DNA of 64,000 bases from assembly GCF_963921235.1 (NCBI RefSeq), contig NC_086118.1:23004001-23068000 (forward strand), in the 5' to 3' direction. The position numbers and the translations under genes were made by a program. Below are positions 1-12,345 of the stretch, piece after piece. Source of the stretch: Mobula hypostoma. Taxonomy: Eukaryota. How positions within the stretch are numbered: position 1 is the first letter of the stretch; every line of letters starts with the position of its first letter. Below the pieces are notes generated by a model. It was not told the DNA's origin and made no database searches. It saw only the letters and a list, made by a program, of their open reading frames with translations.

Positions 1-2160
1 TAAACAGAAACCAGCCTGTCTGAATAAACGGTGTTACCGTTGTGGCACAGTCTCACATACACCAGACCAATGGAGGTTTAAAGGCGAAACCTGCAGAAAA
101 TCCAACAAAGCAGGAGACATACAAACAGCAGGTTGGGCAGACAAAAATAAGTGGACTGCACAGGGAAGAGATAAAGATAAAAAGTCACGATTCAGTTTCA
201 AGAAAACTGAGAAAAGAACAGTAATCTGCATGCCATTGATGAAAAATTTGAGAATGATAAGTATGACAGAGGACTAAGTAGCCTTGAGATTTACAATGAG
301 AAAACTATCAATAGACAAGCAATATGGCTTATACCACAAGTAAATGGCAAATTAATTAAAATGGAATTGCACGCTGGTTTGGCTGTTTCAGTCATTCCAC
401 AAAATGAACATGAAAGACATTTCAAAGGTACTGAACTCTACAGATATCCATTTAAGAATTTACACTAGAGAAAAGATAACTCCTGTGGGAATTTGTAACA
501 GTGAAATACAGCAACCAAAAAAGTACATTGCATTTGTATATGGTAAAAACAGGAGGGCAGGAGAGCCAGCATTATGGGTTTGTGATTGGTTGAGACAACT
601 ACAACTTGATTGGTGATTCTCATCCACTATTTGCATATTGAAAGTACAAACGTATATTAAGAAAGTTACTGGAAGGATCCCACAGCAGTGTTCAAGGATA
701 GCATTGGGAAACTCAAACATATCAAGGGTACAATGGTGTCAAATGAAAATGCCACACAAAGATTTGCAAAACCCTTCTGGTTCTGTGAAAAAAGTAGCCA
801 GTGAGCTAGGTTGCATGGAGGCTGAAAGAATTCTTTCCAAGGTTGAGTGGAGCCCATGGGCAACGTCAATAGTCCCAGTAGCCAAAAAGGATGGGTCTGT
901 AAGGATCTGTAATGATTTTTTTAAGGTCACCATCAACCCAGTACTGAAAGTAAATTAATACCCGTTGCACAGGATAGAGAATATTTTTGCAGACCTTTCT
1001 GGAGGGAAACACCTCAGTAAAGTGGACTTAGATCTACCTACAGATGGAGATGGAAGAAAAATCCAACGAGTTTCTCACCATAAACACTCACAAAGGACTT
1101 TATTGCTACAATTGTCCTATTTTTAGAATAGCATCTATCCCTGCATTTTGGCAGACAACTATGGTGCTGCAAGCTTGGTTGGGCACTCAGTGTTATCTGG
1201 ATGACATCATTGTTAGCAGTAAGAATAACAAGGAACTTCTCCAAAATCTCAAGGCAGTGTTAAAAAGCTTAGAAAATTATGGCCTCAGAGCACTACCCAA
1301 CAAGTGTGATTCCTTTAAAGCAAGCATCACTTACTGTGGTTACACCATTGACGCACAAGGATTACACAAAAGTACTAAGAAAATTCAAGCAGTAGTAGAT
1401 GCCCTAGGACCAAAGGACGTCACATTTGCGATCTTTTTTAAGATTTGTCAATTACTATAACAGGTTCCTGCCAAACCTGGCAAATGTGCCCCACCTCTTG
1501 AACTCATTACAGATCAGGAAGAAATGGTGAAGGACAAAGCAGTGTGAGGTGACTTTCAAAAAGGTAAAGGAAATGGTGACCCCAGACACTGCTCACACAT
1601 CATCCAGTGACGCTTGCCTGTGACATGTGGTCACATTTCGTCATGTTTGCCTTATGGTTATAGGTTCAGTCATGTCACATGTCATGAATGATGCAAATGA
1701 ATGCCCCGTAGCATTTGCATCACATTCTTTTACCACTGCAAGGAAAAAATATGCACAGATTGACAGAAAGGCCTTGAGTTTGGTTTGGAGTGTAAAACAT
1801 TTTAACCAGTACTTGTACAGAAGAGAATTTCCCCTCTTTACTGATCATCCAACATGAGCGCCTGTTTTCAATTCATAGAAGGATGTTCCATGAATAGCTG
1901 CAGCACAAATGCAGAGATAGGGTCTGTTTCTTGGAGGACACAATCATAAGATTGATTTCAGGAGGGTGACTAAGCATAGAATTGCTGATGGATTGTCCAA
2001 TTTATCTTTGGAAAAGGAAATACTTAAAAAATATACAAAAGTTGACACTCCTCTTGATGTATCCAACCAAATACAAATTGAAAGTCTCCATAATAAGGCA
2101 GAGATGATCCAAAGGGAAACCAAAAAATACCCCACACTCTCTCAGATCTACATAGCCAAA
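1..2160 (+). mobile_element. Decayed Ty3/Gypsy LTR retrotransposon internal region (gag Zn knuckle, protease, RT, RNase H)
   Basis: CYRCG..H knuckle at ~32; protease-like IWLIPQVNGKLIKMEL(HAG)LAVSVIP with the catalytic DTG lost; RT motifs SPWATSIVPVAKKDGSVRIC and YLDDIIV; RNase H PVAFASHSFTTARKKYAQIDRKALSLVWSVKHF..FTDH; many stops and frameshifts; runs off the window start. Confidence 0.93.
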
Positions 2161-2805
2161 TGAACAGCATAGCTGGTGAGTTACTGGTTGTGGACTGTGC
2201 TGCATTATGATATGCAAGGATGAAATTGGCGAGCTTCTGGTTCAGTTTCGATGTAGTGTGTTCTGCTGACATTGCTCCCAGTGAGTTTTTTAGACTGTAG
2301 CCAAACCTTTCCACCAAGCCTTTTGTAGCTGGGTGGTACAGTGTAGTTGTAATATATTTTACTCCATTTTTTCTCAGGAATGACTGAACCTGTTCTGCAA
2401 CAAACAGTGTTCTGGAAAACCAGACCTTGCAGGGCGGCATCTCAACATATCAACAGTGTTTGAGGCTGTCATAGAGACTATTGGGAACAGTTGGCATCTT
2501 CTGGATATGTTGGCATCCTGCACAGTGCATGGTAAGCTCTTTAATCTGCTGATCTATCCAAGGCCACTAGAAAAAGGTTCGAGCCAATGCTCTCATTTTA
2601 ATCACACCTAGATGACCAGCATGTAGCTCCTCCAATTCTTTAGCTCTCAGCTTGGATGGCACAACTACTCACGATCCCCACATAAAGCAAACCCTGCCAA
2701 GGGCAAGTTCATCCTGGTGCTGGTAAAATAGAGGAACTAGAGTTTATACTGCACATTCCAGCCATTTTGGGTGACCATGTACATCTGAGAAGGTGTGGGT
2801 ATTTT
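2161..2805 (-). mobile_element. Gypsy integrase region, inverted relative to the upstream pol
   Basis: Minus strand encodes an HHCC-like segment (ELHAGHLGVIKMRALAR...HCAGC) and the integrase core FLRKNGVKYITTTLYHPATKGLVERF. Confidence 0.9.
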
Positions 2806-3176
2806 CAAGTCCAAGAAGATGTCATTAGGTCTTTTTCAACCCATGTGAGCCAAACGACAATTTCAAGTGACATAACATTTCCATCATTATGAACCAGGAA
2901 TAGTTTTCACTGTATTAGTGCACAAAGGAAGAACTGATATCAACATATTTGAAACAATTAACTCAAATTTATTTACTGTATCTTTTCAAAATAATCAGTG
3001 CTGATTGAAGCTTACTGTTGAAAACCTCAAATACAACCATGATTCATAGCCAGTCTGATAAACCCTATTCAATTTTCATTATATTAATATGCAGATGGTA
3101 TTGCAATTATTAACAGTACCTTGCATTCACTGATCTATTAATGATACCTGGGACTGCAGTTTATCATTAATTTATA

Positions 3177-4791
3177 CAGTGCCTATAAAAAGCATTCAAC
3201 CTCTTGGAAGTTTTTATGTTTTATTGTTTTACAACATTGAATCACTATGGCATGAAGCACATTGAATCATTGAATCAATTTGGCTTTTTTGACACTGATC
3301 AACAGAAAAAGACTCCGTCATGTCAAAGTGAAAACAGATCTCTACAAAGTAATCTCAATAATTACAAAAATATAAAAATACAAAATAATTGATTGCATAA
3401 GTATTCACCCCTTTCAAATCAGTATTTAGTAGATGCACCTTTGGCAGCAAATACAGCCTTGAGTCTGTGTGGATAGGTCTCCAGCAGCTTTGAACATGTG
3501 GACACTATAAATTTTCCCCAATCTTCTTTACAAAACTGCTGAAGCTCTGTCAGATTGCACGAGGATCATGATTGAACAGCACTTTTCAATTCCAGCCACA
3601 AATTTTCAATTGGATTGAGGTCTGGACTCTGACTTGGCCACTCCAGGACATTAACTTTGTTGCTTTTAAGCCATTCCTCTGTAGCCTTGGTTTTATGCCT
3701 GGGGTCATTGTCTTGCTGGAAAACAAATCTTCTCCCAAGTCACAGTTCTCCTGTGGAATGCATCAGATTTTCCTCCAGGATTTCTCTGTACCTTACTGCA
3801 TTCATTTTACCCTCTACCTTCACAAGCCTTCTAGGGCCTGCTGCGGTGAACCATCTCCATAGCGTGATGCAGCCACTACCATGCTTCATGGTAGGGATGG
3901 TGTATTTTTGATGATGTGCGGTGTTCGGCGTACACCGGGACAAAATGTTTAGTCTAATGGCCAAAAAGCTCAATTTTGGTTTCATCAGACCATAGAACCT
4001 TCTTCCAACTGACTTCAGAGTCTCCCACATTCCTTCTGGGAAACTCTAACTGAAATTTCATATCAATTTTTTTTCAACAGTGGCTTTCTCTTTGCCACTC
4101 TCCCATAAAGTTGCAACTGGTGAAGCAGCACGGCAACAATTGTTGTATGCACAGTCTCCCCCATCTCAGCCACTGAAGCTTGTAACTCCTCCAGAGCTGT
4201 CACAGGTCTCTTTGTAGCCTCCCTCGCTAGTCCCCTTCTTGCAAGGTCACTCAGTTTTTGAGGACAGCCTGCTCTAGGCAGATTTACAGCTGTGCCATAT
4301 TCTTTCCATTTCTTGATGTTTGACTTCAAGGGATATTCAATGACTTGCAAATTTTCTTGTATCCATCTCCTGACTTGTGTTTTTCAAAAATCTTTTTGCA
4401 GAGTTGCTTGGAGGGTTCTTTTGTCTTCATAGTGTAGTTTTTTTTTCCCCATGATACTGAGTCACCAGCAGTTAGACCTTCCAGAAACAGGTGCACTTTT
4501 ACTACAATCAATTGAAACATCTTTACTGTGCAACTAAGTTAACTAATTATTTGACCTCTAAAACTAATTGGCTGCACCAGTAATGATTTGGTGTGTCTAA
4601 TGAAAGGGGATGAATACTTATGCAATCAATTATTTTGTGTTTTACATTTGTGGTTAATTTTGATCTCTTTGTCTTTTTCTGTTGATCAGTGATAAAAAGC
4701 CAAATTAAATCCACTGTGATTCAATGTTGTAAAACAACAAAACATGAAAACTTCCGGGGGAGGGGGGTTTGAATACTTCTCATGGTTACTA
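3177..4791 (-). mobile_element. Full-length but decayed Tc1-family DNA transposon (IR/DR type)
   Basis: TA at 3175-3176 then CAGTGCC...; long imperfect terminal inverted repeats (~3177-3420 and ~4600-4791); TA at 4792-4793; internal transposase. Confidence 0.92.
3419..4430 (-). pseudogene. Tc1 DD34E transposase pseudogene
   Basis: ATG at 4430 (MKTKEPSKQL...GDGYKKI); PTMKHGSG; FQQDNDP followed by 34 residues to the E of [15 protein letters not shown]; ends GASTKY*; several frameshifts. Confidence 0.93.
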
Positions 4792-6164
4792 TAGCTCTGT
4801 TGTAACTGAACAAACGTGTAATTATAGAATGTCTTATCGCTAACACAGTGAATTTAATTGAAAGGACGAATGAAGCTGAATTGTTTCAGATTCATAGTGG
4901 AAAGTGTGTAAAAGATCAATTAAAAGATTACCACTGAGTTAACAAAATAAGTCAATGCTATCTATGTGTATTGAAACAGAACATTTTGCTGTACTATAAC
5001 TAGTATATGAATTCAACACCAAAAAATGTTTCTCCCATAAATATGCATATTAGTAAATACGTGTTTTTTATTAAAGTATTCATTGCATTTCTCCTGCAGA
5101 TGATCTCTGGAATAGAATATATTTTGTACAGAGCATTTCTCACAAGGGAATTCACTTAATTAGTATTTATTAGGATTAAGCAGTAACTTGCTTTGTATTT
5201 AAACCAGAGAAAAAGAACTCTAAAATCATTGTTTCTAATATGTTTATCAGACATAATAACTTTCTGTCTCTTTTGATAAAACCTATCTACTGCTTGTCTT
5301 GTTTTGTAAAACATTCCCACAAAGTTAAAAAAGGAAGTAATTATATATATCTAATCATTAGTTCCTTACTGATCTATTGTGGTCTTATTGAACTTGTCTG
5401 ATTGAATATATGTTGTTAGTCCTAAGGAAATCCGATACCCAAAGTGCAGAAGTCATAACAGTTTTAATAATAAGCTTGGCATGTGAAACAGGTTAATATC
5501 ACAGGTGGTTACTACAGTGTCAAATTCAATATAAACCCAGGTGTGGACGCAAGTTTAAAATAATGAAAATGCGAACTATTGACTGTATTAGATTTCTCTT
5601 GTGTGAAATAAATACAATATTTAATTCTTTGAATGAATAATACAAGGAGTAGAAATGTTGTCAGTAAAAGAGTTAAATTTAAAAAGTAATTGCCAAGCCT
5701 GTTCCTTTAACCTCAGGAACTTCCTTCCTGAATGTTATATGTGTTTCCATCCATCTTGCCTCATCTGTTTCCCATTGGCTAATGTATTACACCAGATACA
5801 TGTTAGCTATGATCATGTCAGTGTTTAGCAAACTCTTATTTATTTACAAAAGTCTTAAATGTGACACAAATCGTTTAATTGTTTCAATTCAATGACATGC
5901 TATTTTGGTGAAAATTATAGGATTGACTTATTTTTTAAAGATTGCTTCATATGTGTTAGGAAGTGTGATGTCTGCTGTAAATTATCTTGTATATGACATC
6001 TGGATGCCTGCAAGATGTATGAGTTAATTATACATAATAGCAAATCTCCCAATTTGCTGCTTGTGGAAGGGAAAATCTTTCAAAGCCCTCTTCTCTAATA
6101 TCTGGAAAATAATACCATGTGGATATGAACACTATTAAGGCTACAAAGTGTAAGAGCTAATCTC

Positions 6165-6450
6165 TTTCGGATGAGACATTAGCCCGAGTTCCGATTGCCA
6201 TCTCATATGGATGTAAAAAAAGTTCCTGGGCACAATTTGAGGAAGAGTAGGGATTCTCATGAATTTTGTACAACTGTTCATTCTTATCCATCACTACTGA
6301 AATCCAGTGCTTGTTCACAATAGTTTAAGGAAGTTTGTCTTCACAGATTTGTTATCAAATTTACCAATAAAACAGGAGTTATCACCTTTAAAAAATAACT
6401 TTATTGGCTTTAAAATATACTGTGGGTATACATGAATAAAATGATTTTCT
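6165..6450 (+). mobile_element. Old Deu-domain SINE (SacSINE1/AmnSINE1-like)
   Basis: tttcggatgagacattagcccgag...tctcatatggatgtaaaaaa...gaggaagagtaggg resembles the Deu-domain as I recall it; strongly diverged. Confidence 0.6.
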
Positions 6451-6524
6451 ATTACTTCACAAGGTACTCTATTCCAAAGAAAATTACAAATAATTCCAAT
6501 ATTAGGATCTGTTTTAAAGCAGCT

Positions 6525-6700
6525 CACACAAAATGCTGGAGGAACACAGCAGGTCAGGCAGCATCTATGAAAATGAATAAGCAGTCGCTGTTTCAGGGCG
6601 AGACCCTTCTTCAGGACTGAAAAGTGGGAAGGAGGCTAGCTAGAAGGAGATAGGTAAAGCCAGGTGAGTAGGAAAGGTAAAGGGCTGGAGAAGAATCTAT
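6525..6700 (-). mobile_element. Penelope-like element 3'-end fragment carrying a hammerhead motif
   Basis: Homologous to the 3' tail of the GIY-YIG element at 60700-60838 (gatgctgcctgacctgctg...ccagcattttgtgtg). Confidence 0.75.
6582..6619 (-). ncRNA. Minimal type-I hammerhead ribozyme motif (degenerate copy)
   Basis: Reverse complement reads CAGTC CTGAAGA AGGG-TCTCG-CCCT GAA ACAG C GACTG: stems I and II intact, U16.1 changed to G. Confidence 0.6.
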
Positions 6701-6872
6701 TAGCTTTTAAAGGAACTTTTCATTTATCTTCTTCCCCCTTTAATTAAATTATTAGTTTGTGATTTAATTAGATTCAAAATAGACTGGAGTAATTATACAC
6801 ACACTTTTCTCTACACTGATTTATAGTATTTGGTATTCAGTTACATTCAACCAAAATAAATAAAGTATGACA

Positions 6873-6971
6873 GAAGACAACAGGAATTCTGCAGATGCTG
6901 GAAATTCAAGCAACACACATAAAAGTTGCCGGTGAACGCAGCAGGCCAGGCAGCATCTCTAGGAAGAGGTA
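6873..6971 (-). mobile_element. Short Penelope 3'-tail insertion
   Basis: Matches 60773-60838 and 33255-33351; flanked by gtatgaca (6865-6872 and 6969-6976). Confidence 0.75.
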
Positions 6972-7254
6972 TGACACAACGAGTATGACACAAGCTTTGC
7001 TTAAGTTTAACACAGGATACGTACAAAAATGGAAATTCAAGCATAAAGCATCAGAAGATTTTTTTTTGTTTCTGACATTAAATTCAGTTTAAGTAGAGGT
7101 AACAAAATGATAACAAATTTGGATCCTTCATTCATGGATAATGTTCCATTCACTTGATTGCAAAGAATTTTCTAGTTGACGGCAAAAAATCTTTTTGGTT
7201 TAATGTAAACCTAAAATTGTTTTCAGCACACTTTACTACTGTTGTTAACCTATT

Positions 7255-7470
7255 TACAATGCTGCACATATTAGCATTCCACCAGGTCGTCAGCCTGATT
7301 AATTCATGCTAATACAATTGTATTTCTATGTTATATTGACTGTCCTGTTGTACATACTATTTATTATAAATTACTATAAATTGCACATTTAGACAGATAC
7401 GTAATGTAAAGATTTTTATTCCTCATGTATATGAAGGATGTAAGTAATAAAGACAATTCAATTCAAATCA
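7255..7470 (+). mobile_element. 3' tail of a LINE (probably Rex1 group)
   Basis: ...cctcatgtatatgaaggatgtaagtaataaagacaattcaattcaa end; a related copy lies on the minus strand at 63880-64000. Confidence 0.55.
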
Positions 7471-8370
7471 AATACAGTATAAAGAATGTGAAAATTAAAT
7501 CTCTAGGTTATAATCACAATAAGGAAGCAAACTATTTAACTTAACTCACCCATGCTGGGACTTATCCCATACGTAAGCTCTGTTCACTACACCTTTCCTC
7601 TGCTTTCTTCTCACAATCATTCCAACCTATTTTCGATATTGACACAATCTCAGTATAAATCATAAGCTCTGCTAATGTATCGTAAAGTCTCACAACATCC
7701 TGTTTCAAAAGATAATTATTCTCGATCTTGGTCCTAAACCTGTTGATATCATTATCAATATTATCTCCTTCAAATTCTCTCACTCTGTGGCAGGTGACTA
7801 TTTTATAAACACTGTCCCATCAGCTATTTAACTGTTCTTTTTATTCCAATGTATAAACTTCATTGACCTTCATTGTTTCAGGCTATTTTTGTTGCATTTC
7901 TGTTGCTTAGAAGAAGAAATCCCAAGGAATAGTTTTATAATATTTCATTCCCTTCGACATTCACTCAGAACAACAGCTTAAAATGAAGGTATTGTTCAGA
8001 CTGAATGCTGGAAGGGAACGAGATAACAGAATTACGAGCTTCAAGGCATGTGCAGACAAGGCCGGCCTGACTAGAAAACGGCAGCCAATTCGTAGCATTA
8101 CATGTCCAAGGTCATTCTACAAAGGTGAATTTAAGATGTTTGTCTTATCTGTGGTAGTCAGCACGAGTCTGAAGAGCCAGGAAATATTCAAGTGGTCTGT
8201 TGTGTATAGATGCAAATGCTTTGAAGCTTCAAATGCCGGAGTATACTTCAGACAGAGTGCAGAAGAATGACTTGCAACTTTTACCTTTTTAGCACCTTTT
8301 ACATTTCTTTCACAACCTCTCAAAAACTCTTTGAGATATAGTCACTGACGATATGCAGAGAGTACTTATA

Positions 8371-8885
8371 CAGTGGCCACTTTATTAGGTACATCTGTAC
8401 ACCTGCTCATTAATGCAAATATCTAATCTGCCACACTCCATGCATAAAAGCTTGCAGACAAGAGGTTCAGTTGTTGTTCACTTGGGGAAGAAATGTGATC
8501 TAAGTGACCTTGACCATGGAATGATTGGTGGGGCCAGACGGGGTGGTTTGAGTATCTCAAAAACTGCTGATCTCCTGGGGTTTTCACACACAGCGGTCTC
8601 TGGAGTTTATAAAGAATGGTGTGAAAATAAATCCGGTGAGAGGCAGTTCTGTGGTGCAAACACCTTGTTAATGAGAGAGGTTAGAGGAGAATGGCCAGAT
8701 TGGTTCAAGCTAACAGGAAGATAACAGTAACTGAAATAACTATCCATTACAACAGTTGTGTGAAGAACTGAATCTCTTAATGTACAACATGTTGATGGAT
8801 GAGCTACAGAGAAGAAGGGTACAAACATACAATCAGTAGCCACTTTATATTTAAAGGAACTACGTAATAAAGTGGTCACTGAGCG
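8371..8885 (+). mobile_element. Tc1-derived non-autonomous element (MITE-like)
   Basis: TA then CAGTGGCCACTTTATTA at 8371; inverted TAATAAAGTGGTCACTG at ~8865-8881; HTH remnant GKKCDLSDLDHGMIGGARRGGLSISKTADLLGFSHTAVS. Confidence 0.85.
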
Positions 8886-8949
8886 TATAGTGGCTAAATT
8901 GAACAAAGCAAGAAGCCACAAACAGTAATAAAATAATGAATAATGATTT

Positions 8950-9160
8950 GGAAGTATTGTCTGAGGAATAAATATTGCCCAGGACATGCTGGGTAATCCA
9001 TCTACTATTCTTCATAATGCTGCCAGTGCAAGCTTTTTGCATCCATGTGATATCTCTGCAATAGTGCCTAGATATCAAAGACATGTTGAACATCAGAGGC
9101 TTCGTCTGGCCTAGAACATAATCCTTAAAACTGACAATGCAGCAGTCCCTCATAGTTAAT
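8950..9160 (-). mobile_element. Second decayed Deu-domain SINE
   Basis: ctgaggaataaatattgcccaggac and ctgacaatgcagcagtccctca resemble reverse-complemented Deu-SINE segments (from memory). Confidence 0.5.
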
Positions 9161-9264
9161 TCAGCTGGATCATACAGTTGTATTAGCAAGATACAGGTGA
9201 AAGATAAGTGTGTCAGCTTTTACATTTATGAGATCTGCGTGTGTCACGGTAATTAATTACTCAC

Positions 9265-9960
9265 CCTCATTTTCCCTTGAGAAGGTGGTGGTGAATCATG
9301 TTCTTGATCTGCTACAGTCTTCTAAGAGGAGATTTACCCTCAGGGCTTCTGGAGAGGTGGAATTCTAGGGCTGAGACCCAGCAACAATGAAGGACCAGCT
9401 AGTCAGATTAATATGTATTGTGGAGGACTATCATCAGTTGGTGTTCATCCTGTGCACGATTATCCTTGTACTAGTTGATGAAGATTTCTAGTTAGGCAAG
9501 TGCTATTGAAGTAGTCTTGGTAATTATTATCCTATAGAGAGTTCATGCCCAGATACTGGCAGAGTACCAGATGGGCTATCAATAGTTAGTTATTTTAACC
9601 TGAGAGAAGTTGAGTTTATTTTCAGTGTGATTGGAAACTTAGGTAAAGAGAAAATGTTATATCACACTCTTGCTTTGTGCTTTGCAGATGGTGGTAAAGC
9701 TTATGGGACACTAATAAGACACTTGCCACAGAATTCCTTGCTCCATGGTCCATGATGGCTGATCCAGATCAGTTCCTTGGCAAGGGTGATGCCACCCACC
9801 CATCACCCCAATGCCAAATATTCAAGGTGTGGATGTTTGATGGTGATTCCATTCGATCCTAAGGATTTGTGATTAGATTCACGTTCCTGATGTTCACTGA
9901 GGGTCAAACATTATCAGGAAATACCTGAATGCAATCTGAGCTTTGCTGTATGCCCAAAAT
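9265..9960 (-). mobile_element. Old CR1/L2-group LINE 3' fragment
   Basis: ccttgagaaggtggtggtgaatcatgttcttga is the reverse complement of tails seen at ~20680, ~25030 and ~41380; no ORF left. Confidence 0.5.
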
Positions 9961-10954
9961 GCTTGTGATATTCGACAGACAAATTTAAACAAGATAGGTA
10001 GGTAACACTTTAATGTAGTAAATCTCTTTCTACAGGTGTTAAGTTTCCCTCACAGACATTGAAATACTGTATTTCAGTCACAAGTTACTTTTGTGGCCTT
10101 GAGGCACTTCTCCAGAAATATGTCTAACCAATATATTCATTGAGCTTTCCTGGAAACTAAGGTTTATTAAGGTAAATAGTTGTGCCTGTCAAGATGAGGA
10201 AACACTGGAATGTTTCACCTTTTGCAGGTCATTTACTAATTACGCCACCAGTAGTTCATATTTCATAAGCAGTTTTGAGCCAATACATGATTATGGACAG
10301 TTCTAAATCAGTGTTACTTTTGCACAGGACATTGAATCCTGACCATGGGGAAGGTACATACATGGAGAAATAACTTCTCAGGGATATGAAGCAACTGTTT
10401 CCTCTACATTTTCAAAACACAAGTACAAAAGTAAAAAGTAAGATTTATATCAAAGTACTCAGTGTTAATGTCACCATATACAACCCTGAGATTCATATTC
10501 TTGTGGGCATACTCAATAAATTTATAGAATAATAACCATAACAGAATCAATGAAAGACCACCCAACTAGTATCTTCAACCAGATTGCAGAAGGCAATCAT
10601 TTGTGATTTTGATGGGAAGGAAAAGAATAAGGTTAAATTAAACATTTGAAAGACAAAACGGTTCATAAAATTTGAATTCATGGTAGATTCTTAAAGAAGG
10701 ATAAAAAGTAAAACAATGGAAATTTGACATGGGATAGACACAGACATATACTGTATTCAACAAATTAACTTTCTCTGCAAAGAGCCTTCTGCAAACAATA
10801 GCCACATTAGATCTGGTTGAGGCTGGTACATTAATAAAATTTAAGAGACCCTTGGACAGGTACATGGATAGAAAATGCTTAGGGGAATAGTGGAATATGG
10901 CATTTACATCCACAATGATGAAGAGTTTTGAAAGGCTGGTGATGAAACACAGCA

Positions 10955-12345
10955 ACTCCTTCCTGAGAGGTGACTTGGATCCACTCCAATTTGCCTACCA
11001 GAGCATCAGATCCACAGAAGATGCCATCTCATTGACTTTTAATTGAATCTTGCAACCTCTTGACAGCAAAGATGCATATATCAGGATGCTTTTTATCGAC
11101 TAAAGCTCAGCATTCAATACCATCATCCCTTCAAAACTAATCAATAGGCTTCAAGACCTTGGCCTCAGTATCTCCTTGTACAATTGGATCCTCGATTTCC
11201 TCACTTGGCACACCCCAGCTGGTTCGGATTGACAACAACATCTCCACCAATCTCTATTAGCACAGGTGCTTCACAAGGCTGTGTGTTTAGATCCCTGCTC
11301 CACTTGCCTTCCACTTACAACTGTATGGCTATGCACATCTTCAATGCCATGTTCAAGTTTGCTGATGACATCAGTGTTGTTGCCGAATCAAAGGCAGTGA
11401 TGAATCAGCATATAGGAGAGGCATTGAAAATCTAGCTGAGTGCTGCCATAGCAACAACCACTTACTCACTCAATGTCAGCGAGTGTATGGAGCTGATTAT
11501 TGACTTCAGAAGAAGGAAACAAGAGGCCCAAGAGCCAGTCCTCATTGGAGGATCAGAGGAGGACAGGGTCAGCAACTTTAAAGTCCTCTGTGTTATTTTT
11601 TCATTGTTATACGACCTGTTCTGGGCCCAGCACATAAGTGCAATTATAAAGAAAGTACAGCAGTGTATCTACTTCCTTAGGAGTTTGCGAAGATTTGGGA
11701 AGGCATCATGGGTAAAGCCTTCCCCACCAATAAGGACATCTACATGAAGCATTGTCGCAGGTAATGGGTATCATGGGTAAAGCCTTCCCCACCAATAAGG
11801 ACATCTACATGAAGCATTGTCGCAGGTAATGGGTATCATGGGTAAAGCCTTCCCCACCAATAAGGACATCTACATGAAGCATTGTCGCAGGAAAGCAGCA
11901 TCCATCATCAGAGACCACCACCGCCCACTTCACACTGCTGCCATCAGGCAGAAGTTACAAGAGCTTCAGGACTCACACCACCAGGTTCAGGAACAGTTAT
12001 TACCCCTCAACCATCAGGCTTTTGAACCGAAGAAGATAACATCACTCAGCTTCATTTGTCCCATCAGTGAAATGTTCCCGTAACATAAGGACTCATTTTC
12101 AAGGACTCTTCATCTCATGTTCTCATTATTTATTGCTTATATATTTATTATTATTCTTTCTTTCTTTTTATATTTGCACTGTTTGTTGTCTTTTGGCCAC
12201 TGGTTGAACGCCCCAGTTGGTGTGGTCTTTCATTGATTCTGTTATGGTTATTATTATATAGATTTATTGAGTATGCCCACAAGGAAATGCATCTCAGGAT
12301 GTATATGGTGACATATATGTACTTTGATAATAAGTTTATTTGATC
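10955..12345 (+). mobile_element. Rex1/Babar LINE, 5'-truncated and decayed
   Basis: DPLQFAY, STGASQGCV, FKFADD, ELIIDFRR, YFLRSLRRFG, KAASIIRD motifs; tail ...gtactttgataataagttt. Confidence 0.88.
11705..11891 (+). repeat. Tandem triplication of a 65-bp unit inside Rex1
   Basis: atcatgggtaaagccttccccaccaataaggacatctacatgaagcattgtcgcagg starts at 11705, 11770 and 11835. Confidence 0.95.

Noticed and set aside
7562..7783. 73-aa minus-strand ORF
   Set aside because: Possibly a very old CR1 remnant (KQDVVRLYDTL resembles KDVMLRLYKAL); not supportable as a gene.
11705..11891. Repeat array resembling CRISPR
   Set aside because: The units are contiguous and identical with no unique spacers, lie in a LINE, and there are no cas genes; the context is eukaryotic.
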